DNA of 64,000 nt from Eledone cirrhosa (Eukaryota): NCBI GenBank assembly GCA_964016885.1, contig OZ024742.1, forward strand, positions 132,184,001 through 132,248,000. The letters are read 5' to 3'. This document shows, piece by piece, positions 39,405-52,169 of this stretch. The notes beneath the pieces are model-generated. The model was not told the origin of the DNA and did not search any database. It was given only the letters and a program-made list of their open reading frames with translations. The translations under genes and the position numbers were made by a program. Within the stretch, counting starts at the first letter, position 1. Every line of letters begins with the position of its first letter.

Positions 39405-40050
39405 CTAGATGACGTGGTCTATTTATCTGGGCTCGACAGTCACCAACAATGGAGACCTGGCCCTGGAGATCAACCACAGATCTAGTCTAACCAGCTGGGT
39501 TAGGCACTCCCTATGGATGCTCCATTTGTGTAAATGCTCTATCTCTTGGAAGACGAAGCTCCATATCTACAACGCGTCGGTCCTCGCCGTTCTTCCTATG
39601 GAGCAGTAAAGCGGCCATTCCTAAATACCCAATCAAAGAATATCGACAGTTTCGATAGCAGAGCCCTGAGAACCAGGGAGAACATCAGATAGTTCCACCA
39701 CGTTTTCAACAAAGAGTTGCGTGCGCTCTCGCATCAGTCCGCAGCCTCCCGCCTAATAGCCATCGGTAGCATGCACTGGTATGGACATGTCCTCCGCTAG
39801 CTGTCGGATCATCCCATCAGAGCCTTCGTTCGACGCAATAGCTACAGGAGGGAAGAAGTCAAGCGACACTCTGCACCAGATGGCCGGATGTCAACAAGTA
39901 TGATATCCAGAGGCTCGACGTCACCTTGAGTGATACAGTAGTGTTGGCACGGGACCGCCATCGATGGATAGCACTGTTTCATCTGGCCGGTTCTACGCAT
40001 CATGATGTCTATGGGATCACTAACCTAAGATGTCTCCAGTGTCCTCGGTC
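39405..40050 (+). mobile_element. RTE-type LINE 3' fragment
   Basis: IYLGSTVTNNGDLALEINHR...ISWKTKLHIYNASVLAVL(LYG)...WYGHVLR...ARDRHRW. Confidence 0.8.
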
Positions 40051-40073
40051 AAAGAAAGAATGAGAATAAGAAT

Positions 40074-40124
<51 letters not shown>

Positions 40125-40131
<7 letters not shown>

Positions 40132-40360
40132 TAAAATAACAGATTAAAGATTAAGCAAAGAATCGCTGCTTTCACCCTTAACGTGATCTTCTGAAACGTT
40201 AAGAAGATCCCGTTAAGGGTGAAAGCAGCCATTCTGTGCTTAACCTTTAATCTGTTATTTTAATAAATATTTGCTCTACGGTTCTTATATATTTGATATA
40301 TATTTATTCTTATCGAGCCCTCTTTCGATTTTAGTCTTCACATTTATTATTATTACTATA
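40125..40360. mobile_element. Fold-back pair of PLE 3' termini (family of 10673-12160)
   Basis: tttattaaaataacagattaaag..aagcaaagaatcgctgctttcacccttaacg, then its reverse complement; flanked by (TA)n. Confidence 0.75.
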
Positions 40361-40854
40361 TATGTATATATATATATATGCAGATACATAGACGAATATG
40401 TGTTTGTGTAACTAAGAACGTTGATGGCCTTAGCCCGTAAAGAAAACATCCAGAAAGCACAGTAAACCAACCCCGGCCATCATCCATGATTTCGCAAAGT
40501 AACCAGTTTTGTCGCAAATATTTATTGACAGCAGATTAATACAGAGCAAGTTGAAATATAATGTTTTGCGCAAGAACGCAATATATTAACCAGACCGGGA
40601 GTTGAACTCACAATCTTACGATCATTGTTCCATCAACGTAATCACAGGCCTTCACAGTAGAATAACGTACTAATATAAATTATATGACTTATAATATTAA
40701 ATTGTCATATTTATCCAAAGAATAGCATGTACGCTTGCATGGACATTGAAGCATTTAATTATATAGCTATGTTGTTTTGGGTTTTTCTTAGCTAGAATCT
40801 AGATGATCTATGTTGATAACTATTCCAAATATGCCAAAAACTTATTTTCAGACA

Positions 40855-41068
40855 TTTGGTAGAATTTGTAGAGCGTCGGACAACATGCTCGGCGTCATAG
40901 GGTTATGGATCTTTACATTCTGAGTTTAAATTCCACAGAGGTTAGCTTTGCTTTTCATCCTTACCAGGTCGAGAAAATAAAATACCATCTCCCACTGTGT
41001 TCGATTTAATCGACTTTCCTCTCCCCATAAAATTGTTGGCCTTTTGCCTGAATCAGAAACCATTATAG
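40855..41068 (+). mobile_element. Diverged Nin-domain SINE
   Basis: gtagagcgtcggac...ctgagtttaaatt...ttttcatccttaccaggtcgagaaaataaaatacc...ggccttttgcc. Confidence 0.7.
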
Positions 41069-41254
41069 CACAAGGACCTCTTATTCAATGATTCCTTTAA
41101 AAAACTGTTAAGTTTCATTCGAAGGGAGATTTGCGTACTGGCTTCCTTTTTGCGTGATGATATTTTTGTGCTTTATTAAATACCAATTGATAGCAGTTTT
41201 CTACCCAGACTAATTGAAATTATTTTGAAATATGAGTAGAAATAGTTAAGACTA

Positions 41255-41480
41255 TGAAATTAAAACTACATATTTATAGATATAATTTTCTGAAATCCAG
41301 ACTGTTTGAATGTTAAAGTCATACCAACTGGGATTTAAAAACACGTTCTGAGATGAACCAAGGCTGTATGCTATCTCTGCCTTCTTAACAGATGTTGTTA
41401 TACTATTGTAGGTAGAGGCGGTAAAGTTGTTACAGCGTGAGTTAGAATAGTTCAAAATGTATGTCACAGCTCTATAAATT
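41255..41480 (-). pseudogene. Candidate (possibly decayed) exon encoding the C-terminal half of a fibronectin type III-like domain
   Basis: Non-repetitive open frame AVTYILNYS...YSLGSSQNVFLNPSWYDFNIQTV resembles FN3 Y-x-L-x-Y and L-x-P-x-x-Y-x-F-x-I motifs; upstream pyrimidine tract ttcttgcgtttAG; no strong donor. Confidence 0.4.
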
Positions 41481-41860
41481 CTAAACGCAAGAACACTTTA
41501 GCATTCATTCAAAGGTTTTTTTCTCGATAAAACTCTGTAAAATGAAATCCATGGTGGTGAATTGCCAGAATAGTTAAAATTTCAAACGAGATAACTCGAA
41601 GAATCTGCTCAGACATTTTGCGTCTGGGTTCAAATTCAGCCAAGCCATATCGATAGTCAGTGCTAATCCCTTGAACAAGAAATCACCGTTAATTTATGAA
41701 AGCTGCCCTACTTGGAGGAGAATTGTTGTTGAGTTGTACTGCAGTCGAACGATGATCACAATTGTAGATTTAGCCATGTTATATCGGGTATAACTAATCA
41801 TTGCTAGTTTGTATGATATGATATGTTGGGGGCAAAAAGAACAGTTCAATGTGTTGATAC

Positions 41861-41953
41861 CTGGGATAGGTCTAGTCTCATCAGCAACAACATGACTATG
41901 ACTGGTTGTTTAGATTTCATCGTAGGTGGACAATATAAAACCTGATCTGGAGC
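41861..41953 (-). pseudogene. Candidate short exon (FN3 N-terminal half-like), frame-disrupted
   Basis: Acceptor ttccccttcatatactgttgtttAG, starts (A)PDQV, donor cag|GTATCA; alternative frame reads TTSHSHVVADETRPIP. Confidence 0.3.
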
Positions 41954-42072
41954 TAAACAACAGTATATGAAGGGGAAAATAGACCATACTTGTATTCTGA
42001 TATATAGGAACGTCAACAAATAATCGGTTATCTCCCAGTCTACCATTTCCTTAAAGTTCTACCTTAATTTCG

Positions 42073-42252
42073 ATAATTGTTTCTACTTTTGGCACAATGC
42101 CAGCAAAAACCCAGTACATTACTGGTACTTTATTTTATCGACCCCGTAAGGATGAAAGGTAAAGTTAACAGGATTTGAACTCAAACCATAAAGGGACGTA
42201 ACTATGCTAGAAAGCATGACGTCCAACACTCTACCGATACTGCCAATTCACC
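42073..42252 (-). mobile_element. Nin-domain SINE, subtype A-like
   Basis: 16-bp TSD accttaatttcgataa at 42061 and 42250. Confidence 0.9.
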
Positions 42253-42469
42253 TTAATTTCGATAAAGACCTCAGATAAAGGTGTTTGCCACATATGTTGG
42301 TGGCATGCATTCGTACAAGATAGACCAGTAACAGAATCATTGTTATTTTAGTGATCCTGGACGGATCGAATGTATCTGCCTAAAAGTAATTTTTTGTTAT
42401 TCCATGTTATTCAGTTTTCAAATTTCTACATTTTACAATTCCCTGAACCTAATATTACTTTATTATTAC

Positions 42470-42640
42470 AGTGAATTGGCAGTATCGGTAGAGGGTCGGA
42501 TATGCTTTCCAGCATAGTTATGTCGCTTTACGATCTGAGTTAAATTTTGCCTTTCATCCTTACGGGGTCGATAAAATAAAGTACCAGTAATGTACTAGGA
42601 TAATTACTGGCCTTGTGCCAAAAGTAGAAACAATTATTAC
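42470..42640 (+). mobile_element. Nin-domain SINE, subtype A, internal deletion
   Basis: gctttccagcatagtta...; part of the B-box region is missing. Confidence 0.85.
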
Positions 42641-42647
42641 AATAACG

Positions 42648-42845
42648 ATGGATTGGCAGTATCGGTAGAGGGTCGGACGCCATGCTTTGACGCGTAGAGT
42701 TACGGCCCTTGCTATTCTGAGTTCAAATCCCGCCGAGGTTAACTTTGCCTTTCAACCTTACGGGGTCGATAAAATAAAGTACCAGTAATACACTGAGTAA
42801 TTGCTGGCCTTGTGCCAAAAGTATAAACAATTATTATAATAATAA
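42648..42845 (+). mobile_element. Nin-domain SINE, subtype B
   Basis: gctttgacgcgtagagttacggccc...gagttcaaatcccgccgagg... Confidence 0.9.
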
Positions 42846-44112
42846 TAATGACAATATTTGAAGATAAAGCTAGTGATAGCAAGGGAGGAGGAAAAAAAAC
42901 AATAATAAAAGATGACAAAAAGTGTTGAATAAATGTAAGAAGTTTTAATTACAGCGAATCTTAAAAACTAAAAAAAAAAAACACAATTCTCGAATATTTT
43001 GTATGTCAATAAATAAATTGGTATAGATGCTGTTCAATATAATAAAAAAAATATCAATATGATTCGAACAATGTCGATTCTATATTTAAAGCGCATTTCC
43101 AACGTTAACCAATTCTAGAGAGAACTAATTATTGAGTCGGAGAAAAATAAAATAAAATTATACGTAATTTATCTGGAGGCAGATTCTTAAGAATCAATAT
43201 TTTTAATCGTATATTTTTTTTTATTTCTTGTTAAATAGTGAGATTTTCTCACCCCCGACTGCTTCTCTATCGTCTTTAAAAACTAATACAAATAGCTTAG
43301 AGCCTAATTAGGTTTGGATTTTCATGTAAAAGTAAAAAGAAATCTGTAGAAATTAATTCTTATGAATTGAAATATAATAGGTAATAATTTCGTTATCTCA
43401 TTTTGTTTATTTTCCTTTATATAGAATTATTTGTATCCTACTTTATTTATTTATTCTATTCTGTGCAAATTAATTTAATTTTCTAGTGAAACTATATTTG
43501 ATTAGCATATAAAAATAAAATGATTAAAAAAATATATTTCCAGACTTTATTTTGAAATAACAACTTGTATGCTTTTCATTTTGGAATCATATATCAGGAA
43601 GACAATAAGACTGTGCAAATTGAAAAAAATTGACAAATGTACCGACCATATACATGCCCAGTTCTCATCCAATCCTTCCCCCACAACCGCATAAATCCTT
43701 CTAAAACATTTCATATCATACCTTCATAAACTATGATAGAGAATCCATATAAAAATTAATGAGTCGTTCTTGACGATTTTCGAAATGCTCCTGATTTTCA
43801 GAACAAGTAGCAACAATATCAAATGTCGGTTATCAATCTATGAGCAGTAACCTACTGATAGCATAAAATAAATGTTTTGATTGAGTTTTGTCGATGGCAA
43901 TTATTATAAATTTATGTTATGTTTGTTTAACTCATCGTTCGCTATATCGGCAAACCACAGCAGAGCTACACTTCCAGGGAAATTACAATTTTGATTAAAA
44001 TATGGCTCAACTTGTCTCCCTTAAAATTAATATCAATTATCTTTCAAAGAATGTTTGATCCAGCTTCGGGAATTTTATAAATTCAATCCTCTAATTATCT
44101 CTCTCTCGCTCT

Positions 44113-44213
<101 letters not shown>

Positions 44214-44296
44214 AGTGTGTATGTAAGACAAACAAACATAAGTATGCAAAAATACAAAGTCGTACTAGGTTCACGCTTAGAGGAAGTAAAGGAGTG

Positions 44297-44329
44297 TTCT
44301 ACGTTTCGGTCGGATGCCTTGGTCAGGAA
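44297..44329 (-). ncRNA. Degenerate minimal hammerhead
   Basis: ttc-CTGACCA-A-GG catccga CC-GAAACGTA-gaa; ACGT palindrome; G8>C. Confidence 0.5.
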
Positions 44330-44419
44330 AGTTCGGATAGGGAGAGAACAGATAGGTATATGAAAATTGTTAAATAATTCTTTGGAAAAGATGGGTAGTA
44401 TAAGTAAGTTAATGTTAAC

Positions 44420-44450
<31 letters not shown>

Positions 44451-44455
<5 letters not shown>

Positions 44456-45660
44456 ACTAGAAATAGATTGACATATATATATATAAAATAATCATATGGA
44501 ACAACCACAGGTAATAATTTGTAAAGTATGTAAGCGCACATAGCTAGGTAGGTAACCAATTAAAGTTTAACTAGTACTTGAAATATAGATACCTGTTAAA
44601 ATGATTAATCTCCTTTGTATATATTTCTTTAAATAAAAAATATATTTCACCAATTAATCAGTAAATCACAGTAGAAAAATCCTGGATGGTCACCAAAGGA
44701 GACTATCTGCGTTTACAAAGCAAATGCAAATCTGTGTTGCAATCGAACCACGTGTTGCAATTTTAAAAAAATACACACATCGCACAGCGTCATCCCAGTG
44801 GCGTCAAAAGGATTAGCGACAGCTAGAAGTAGCAGCCGAGTCAATTAAACTGAGTTAGCTCTACAATTAAGGGGCCGTATATATATCCAAAATTAAATAA
44901 ACGGCTGTCATGTCTGAGAGACATGCACCATATTCACTGCAGAATAAGCTGAAAGATTCCAATGAATAGATCGGAGCATTTCATATCAACTAGAAATAGA
45001 TTGACATATATATATATATATATATATAACATAAACATATGGAACAATCACAGGGAATAATGTGTAAAGAATGAAAGCACACATAGCTAGGTAGGTAACC
45101 AATTAAAGTTTAACTAGAACTTCAGACATAGATACCCTTTAAAATGATTAATCTTCTTTGTATATATATCTTTAAAGATGTCGATAATCCTATTCACGCC
45201 ACTGGGATGACGCTGTGCGATGTGTGTATTTTTTAAAAATGCAACACGTGGTTCGAGTCATTCAAATATTTGCATTTGCTTTGTAAACGCAGATAGTTCG
45301 ATCTTCTCCTTTGGTGACCATTCAGGATTTGACTACTGTGATTTACTGATTAATTGGTGAAATATATATTTTTATTTTAAGAAATATATACAAAGGAGAT
45401 TAATAATTTTAAAAGGTATCTATATTTGAAGTTCTAGGTAAACTTTAATTAGTTACCTACCTAGCTCTGTGCGCTTACATACTTTACAAATTATTCCCTG
45501 TGATTGTTCCATATGTTTATTTTATATATATATATGTCAATCTATTTCTAGTTGATATGAAATGCTCGGATCTATTGATTGGAATCTTTGAGCTTATTCT
45601 GCATTTTAGATATGGAGTATTTCTCTCAGACATGACACCCCTTAATTTAATTTTGTATAT
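44451..45660. repeat. 533-bp-period tandem unit (~1.3 copies) plus an inverted, circularly permuted copy
   Basis: tatcaactagaaatagattgac at 44451 and 44984; 45195-45660 is a reverse complement that reads across the unit junction. Confidence 0.8.
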
Positions 45661-45727
45661 ATATATATATATATCCTTGGACTGAGTGCTCTACCACTAC
45701 GGATATTACCTTCCAGTATTCCAGCAC

Positions 45728-45879
<152 letters not shown>

Positions 45880-46097
45880 AACGAGTAGGACCCCGACGGC
45901 TGAGATCAAGCCGTTTGGACGGCTAATTCTGGACTCCTGTGGTCCTACTCGTTCCTATTACCCACTCTACTACCCTAAGTATTGAGTACTTTGGTGCGTT
46001 ATGGTCCATCTTGTTCGTTACCACATTTCCTTCGTTATATATATATATATAAATAATAATAATAATAATAAAATGTGGAGAGGAGGCACACGAGTTA

Positions 46098-46143
<46 letters not shown>

Positions 46144-46284
46144 ACAGGGTGAAAGAGACGATTATGAGGTAGAAAATATAGTTTTTTTCCTTTTTTTGTT
46201 TCTCTCTTTTTTTCTGGGTTAGAAAATGATTAAAACGAAATGTATTAGTTGATTTATTTATTATTTAACAATGGCATTTATTTC

Positions 46285-46712
46285 AAACAAACCCTCACAA
46301 TGAACGCTACAGTAACAAAATGCGGAAGGCTCAACTGTGGCATATGCATAAATCTAATAGAAGATTCAACATTCCATTTTAAACAAGGACAACGTTTCAC
46401 AGTTAAACACAACTTTACATGTGCATCTGAAAACATTAACGATGTTTTGACATGCTCCGGTTGTCAAGAGCACTACATAGGACAGACAAAAAACAGCCTC
46501 CGTCAACGTATGACTGTCCATAAATCACAAATAAAATACAGGAATACAGAAAGATTGCATTTAGTGAACATATCGCCAATTGTGCTCTCATCCAACATTC
46601 AAACTTTAAAATTTTCCACATTTACAAATTCATAGACAACGCTATTTTCATCCAACGTACCTATAAGGAAACACATATCATTAATAAATTTCAACCACTA
46701 CTCAATGCCCTA
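46285..46712 (+). pseudogene. GIY-YIG endonuclease with zinc-knuckle linker, frameshifted
   Basis: KCGRLNCGIC...FTCASENINDVLTCSGCQEHYIGQTKNSLRQRMTVHKSQI / FSEHIANC...KETHIINKFQPLLN. Confidence 0.85.
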
Positions 46713-47136
46713 AAAATCGACCAATCTAAAACTGCAACAAACCATCAAACATTTACAAGAGTTACCTCCCTCACACCATACCTATTCCTTTTTCTTATAT
46801 AAATTAAATATCACCCAGCAAGAATTGCTTCCCCCTGCATATTAACTCTCTAAACCGGGAAATCATATCAATCCACAGTCCACCATTTGCCTCCTTCACG
46901 GAACCATGGTTCAACTAAGTACTCTTGCGATATTCACGCATTTTCAACTGCTTAACCTCAATGACTGTGCTTATAAATAACTTGATCTTTTCTTCCACAT
47001 TAACTTTTTACGTTCTACATTATGCACGTTTTTTTTTCCTTTTTCTTTTTTATTTCACTTCTTAAACCTTGTTTGTATACAACATTATTCTTTCTGCACC
47101 TTCTGTTTAACATGTGCGACACCACACTACATTTCA

Positions 47137-47178
47137 CTATCATTTGATAATGCTATTAAATACTGAAACCGGTAATAG
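47137..47178 (+). ncRNA. Decayed hammerhead in PLE 3' end
   Basis: ctat..TTGATAA...GAAACCGGTA-atag; ACCGGT palindrome at the expected pLTR position. Confidence 0.4.
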
Positions 47179-47351
47179 ACAATAATTAAATATATAAATA
47201 GATAAATAAATGCCATTGTTAAATAATAAATAAATCAACTAATACCTTAACACTTCACACAAAGTAAAACATTTCGTTTTAATCATTTTCTAACCCAGAA
47301 AAAAGAGAGAGAAACAAAAACGGAAAAAAAAAAAATGTTCTTTCTCCCTGT

Positions 47352-47421
<70 letters not shown>

Positions 47422-47472
47422 GTATATATTAATTCAAAATATTAACAAAATAGATATTCTTGTGATCAAGTA

Positions 47473-47539
47473 TATTTTATTATACATATTTAAGAGGTAC
47501 TGAGTTAACTTCAACAGTACGTCCTCATCAGATAAAATA
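47473..47539 (-). ncRNA. Hammerhead, GAAA mutated to TAAA
   Basis: tattttat-CTGATGA-GGACGTACTG...CAGTACCTCT-TAAATATGTATA-ataaaata. Confidence 0.5.
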
Positions 47540-47646
47540 AGATGATGCATGACGCACCCTGATATAGTAGATGGTTAAAATTCAGTCATAGTAGTCATGA
47601 CTGAATCTTAACCATCTACTATGTCAGGGTATGCCATGCATCATCT

Positions 47647-47713
47647 TATTTTATCTGATGAGGACGTACTGTTGAACTTAACTCAGTACATATGAAATAT
47701 GTATAATAAAATA
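47647..47713 (+). ncRNA. Hammerhead with intact core and weakened stem II base
   Basis: tattttat-CTGATGA-GGACGTACTG...CAGTACATAT-GAAATATGTATA-ataaaata; 8-bp stem I. Confidence 0.6.
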
Positions 47714-47859
47714 TACTTGATCACAAGTAAATCTATTTTGTTAATATTTTGAATTAATATTAATAATTCTGGAAAACCAAATCTGTTGAGAGTTTCCATC
47801 TATTGTAAAAGTCATTCATTGATATATTCATTGAACGTTGTTTAACTTTTAAATTTAAC

Positions 47860-48176
47860 TAATTTGCATATCGAGTGAGTTCAGTCGGCCAGGCGCACCG
47901 ACAACGATAAATGGAATAGAATGAAACGAAATTTCATTTCTCACTCTTAGTACGGCGTAATTCAGGCTGTTTGTTTGTTTACAAACGAACAAACCGAGCA
48001 TTATAATAAATGTTCGGTAAACTGATACGTGCATATATATATGTGTGCCTGTATGTATATATATACATGCTACTGTAGGTCTGTATACATATATTTATGT
48101 ACGTATACATACATACATACATTTAAGTAAGTGCCGTACTAAGAGTGAGAAATGAAATTTCGTTTCATTCTATTCC

Positions 48177-48181
<5 letters not shown>
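47860..48181. repeat. Interspersed element related to 25310-25745, with an internal ~50-bp inverted repeat ending in (TA)n
   Basis: aatttgcatatcgagtgagtt...aatgaaacgaaatttcatttctcactcttagta shared with 25632-25722; 47907-47956 mirrors 48133-48181. Confidence 0.7.
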
Positions 48182-48248
<67 letters not shown>

Positions 48249-48696
48249 GTAAAAGGTAAAAGTGAACAGGCACAGGGATTTATTTAAAGATTATATTTTT
48301 CTTTAATCCGACAATATTCCAATCAAATCCAGAGCCTTTTCGGAAAACCCTCCTTGTGTGCCCTCCACTGCTTTCTGTTTAGATTTGGCCATGTCGGGCG
48401 GGGACATAGCCATACTCATCACGCTTGGCCAAGTGCAGGTTTTTGAGTCTATTTAACACAAACTTAGGATGAATGGCCGTCGACTCTGGGGAGTTCATCC
48501 GCTCTTTTAAAAGCTCTTGTGTTTTGTGCTGCTGTGGTTCCACTTACCCTCCTCTCTATACCAGGGTTCGGTTGGGTAGCCGGTTTCGCCACCGACTACT
48601 CGGACGTGAAGTAGGTTGTACTAGGTTACATGTTACCAGTTGCAGGCAGAATCCTGACCAGACAATAACGTTTAGCATTATTAATGTCATTATTCG

Positions 48697-48882
48697 GTCG
48701 GTGGATTGTGGGTATCGGTAAAGAGTTGGACGCCATGCTTTTCACCATAGAGTTACGGCCATTTATGAACTGAGTTCAAATCCCGCCGAGGTTAACTTTG
48801 CCTTATGGGGTCGATAAAATAAAGCACCATTAATGCACTGGAAGGATTGATGGCCTTGTTGCAAAAGTAGAAACAATTATTT
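48697..48882 (+). mobile_element. Nin-domain SINE, subtype B-like
   Basis: cggtggatt...catagagttacggcc...gagttcaaatcccgccgaggttaactttgcc. Confidence 0.85.
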
Positions 48883-49713
48883 GTGGTACAGTTCCATTAG
48901 TCAATCATGAACATCGTAATAACAATTATTTTTTACAACGATTTGATCCCTGAGACTTCGTGGAGAAAAAGAATTTGTATGTTATTGTTATTATGTTACT
49001 TATGTTACTGACACTGTAAGTATACAAAGCAAAGCTAACCACAGATGGATTTGAACTGATAACGTGATATGGACACAAGGAAATCTCACAGGGACATAGT
49101 ACACGCCACTCTAACATTCTTAACATATTTCAAAGTAGAAGGAAATAAAGATGAGACAAGATAAAAGAAATCATAACAGAAACCATAAAAAATGAACAGG
49201 TCAAAAGTGAACATACAAGATAAAGACGCAATGAAGTAACAAAATAACACCTACGACTCTGCATTCATCTTATAGACTATAATAAACTTACTTTATTTTA
49301 TATATGACTGTAATAATATTTGTGTTTTTGTTTCAGTGTAGTCCATACATTTCTCAGAAATATGATAACATTAATTAACCAAAATTCTTTAAATATTTTT
49401 TCTTATATGACACATCCTTTTCTTTCTAAGCATAACGACTGCAACGTTTTTTTTTTAATACCTAGTTTCTTGGCTTCGATATATCAATACTTTTCTCTTC
49501 ATTTTTTCTTCACGCACTCACACACACGCACGGAACACATATATGAATTCATATTTGTGTATGTATATATATATGTGTGTGTATGTGTGTGTGTGTGTGT
49601 TTGTGTGTGTGTCGGCATATATTTGTTTGCACTTGGGGATTAACTCCATTGCTGCTCAGAGTTGTATATATGTGTAATACACGTTTAATCAATCTGATGA
49701 TACACGCACACAT

Positions 49714-49791
49714 GCATACATACATACATACATACATACATACATACATACATACATACATACATACATACATACATACATACATACATAC
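49714..49791. repeat. (CATA)n tetranucleotide microsatellite
   Basis: Visible. Confidence 0.95.
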
Positions 49792-50434
49792 ACTTATATG
49801 TATATGTACATATATATTTAAATATATATTTGAATATAAATATATATATATATGTGCGTGTGTGTGCGTGTGTGTGTGTGTTTGTGTATGTTATTGTGTT
49901 TATCTGCATATATATATCTAGATGTCATACGTATATATTAGAGTATGCATCTGGAGACTTGTTTGTGTTAATGTTTGTAACTATGTATGTCTGTCTTCCT
50001 TTCCCATTCTAGTCAGCTTTTCTTAAAATTATCTGTTATATGACAAGCACCATAATTTCCGTCTGGAAAGCTACACAGGTGACCTCTCTGCTGTGTCAAA
50101 CCATCAAATGTTTAATTAATCACATGACGTTAGTGACATTAGTAAATCTCGTGGACAGTTGTGATATTGAATGTCTTATCCGATAGAAATTACCAGAGCA
50201 TAACAACCAACCATTATATTTCTACAAGAGATGCCTGTCTGACAAACTTTTCATTAGCACTATGCATTCACGTTAATGGCTTACATTCTCTTGGCAGGTT
50301 TCTGGGGAGAAAATATATGAAGCCGTCCTGCGTCCTATCTCAAATATTTAGCAGGTTTTTTGTTTTCACGTGAATGTTTTCATAATATTTCATTTTGGGG
50401 AGTGATTATGTAAAATCAGATCTTCGTGCTTATG

Positions 50435-52160
50435 TATATAATTCTGGTTTTATAATTTCACAAATTGTTTCCCAATAGAGAGGGGGTCGGTTTCTAACAT
50501 AGACACAAGACTCTCTCATTAGAATTTACACAACATCAACTAGGTAGATATGTATGTATGCATGCATGTGTAGATATGGATGCTATTGTATGTGTGGACG
50601 TGGATGTTTCGAGTTGTATGTGTGCATGTGTATATGCTTTGTATCTGTACCTGTGTGTATGCAGTTATTAGATGCAACATTTTTGGAATATTTTACATAT
50701 TTTTACTGTAATTGTACTTGTAATTTCCTAATTTACTGTAATTTACTGTAATTGTACTTGTAATATCCTAACTAGTTGTGTTCATTCTGTTCCTGTGAAG
50801 CCTAGTTTCTCAAGATTTGAATTGAGGCAGTTACTAACATACCCCACTGCCCCAATAATCACAGGCATCAATCTGAAGGTGTAATCAGGGTGGAACATCT
50901 GCAGATTTCTCATCAGTTCTGCATAAATATTCTCCTTTTCGCTAATTTTCTCTAATTTCCACTACTGTGCATGCTTTCTTCTCCCTGTCCCATATCATTA
51001 TATCCGGTCTGTTATGCCTGCATTTTATTGGGGTTTTTACTGGAACATTCCACCAGTACTCTTTCATATTATGTACGTGGATGTCTTCCATATTGCTGTA
51101 GCTTTTAATGTGTTTATTATCGGGGCTATATTTTTTACGAACTGCATCGTACAGTGTTTTGGCCACTACATCATGCCTCATAGGTAGATAATACCGCGAT
51201 GACATCTTTGGGCAGCTGCTGATGACATGGGTGATATCATCGATGTTAGTTCTGCAGAGTCTGCACTTGTTATCACATCTAGGTGCTTTGCCTGCATCCC
51301 TATCTCTTTTGTGAATCAGGTATTTCATGTTAATCTCCTGTTCTTGGATTGCAAAAGCGTATCCTTCAAAGTGGGAGTCAATATTGTTGATCCAAGATAG
51401 ACTACTTTCCTTATCTATATTACTCTCACTCTGGAACTTCCTTGCTACATATCCATGAATGAATTTTTGCTGATAAGCATGCAGTTATTCATCCATGGAT
51501 TCACTGCGATACTGCTGAGCGACTTCCCTGGGTGTGAGATTTTGATTATCACACAAGGAATATCTCTCGAGGAGTTCCTTCCCAACTCTAATTATCGTAT
51601 CTGTTTCATGCAGATAGACGGGCTCATACGCTTCGAGGTTCGTAGATGTTGTCGGAGGGATATGATGCGACATTCAAATGCTGTCTGGACTGATGCTAGG
51701 CCTCTGCCTCCCTGCTTACGTTTCAAGCAAAGGCGGTCTATGTCACTGTTGATGTGGAAGTTTCCGGTGTTGTTTAATACTTTTCGAGTTCCAACATCAA
51801 CTGCTCGGATTTCGTCTATCGTCCAATTGAGTATTCCCAACGTTGGTGTTAGGACAGGCACAGCAAACACATTATGAGCCACTGTTTTGTTTTGCGCAAG
51901 GAGTTCCGATGAGCAAATCTTTCTTAATCGGGTGTAGTATTCCCTGGTTACGCGTTCCTTATTAGAGATACCATTATAGGATATGTTCTCATATATCCCC
52001 AGTAATCTGTAGCAGTCCTCATCATATATCGGTGAAACAGTTAGGCCATTGATGACAATGTTGCTTGATTGGGTTGTTGATTTTGACCACTTTATAGTCA
52101 TGTATGAGCATTTATCTTGGCCAAACTCCATTCCTATATCCTTTGAGAACATTATAACCA
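50435..52160 (-). mobile_element. Dong/R4-clade LINE, 5'-truncated (RT C-terminus, CCHC knuckle, restriction-like endonuclease, 3' UTR)
   Basis: FSKDIGMEFGQDKC...RLCLKRKQGGRGL...AIQEQ...CRLCRTNIDDITHVISSC...RHD...NRPDIMIWD. Confidence 0.92.
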
Positions 52161-52169
52161 GTATGTATG

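Larger units (their letters stand above)
46139..47357 (+). mobile_element. 5'-truncated Penelope-like element (Neptune-type GIY-YIG) with inverted terminal copy, inserted in (TA)n
   Basis: 46139-46283 is the reverse complement of ~47203-47357; (TA)n on both flanks; GIY-YIG inside. Confidence 0.88.
47426..47760. repeat. ~335-bp near-perfect palindrome with an HHR in each arm
   Basis: Arms mirror about ~47593 (ttcagtcat/atgactgaa). Confidence 0.9.
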
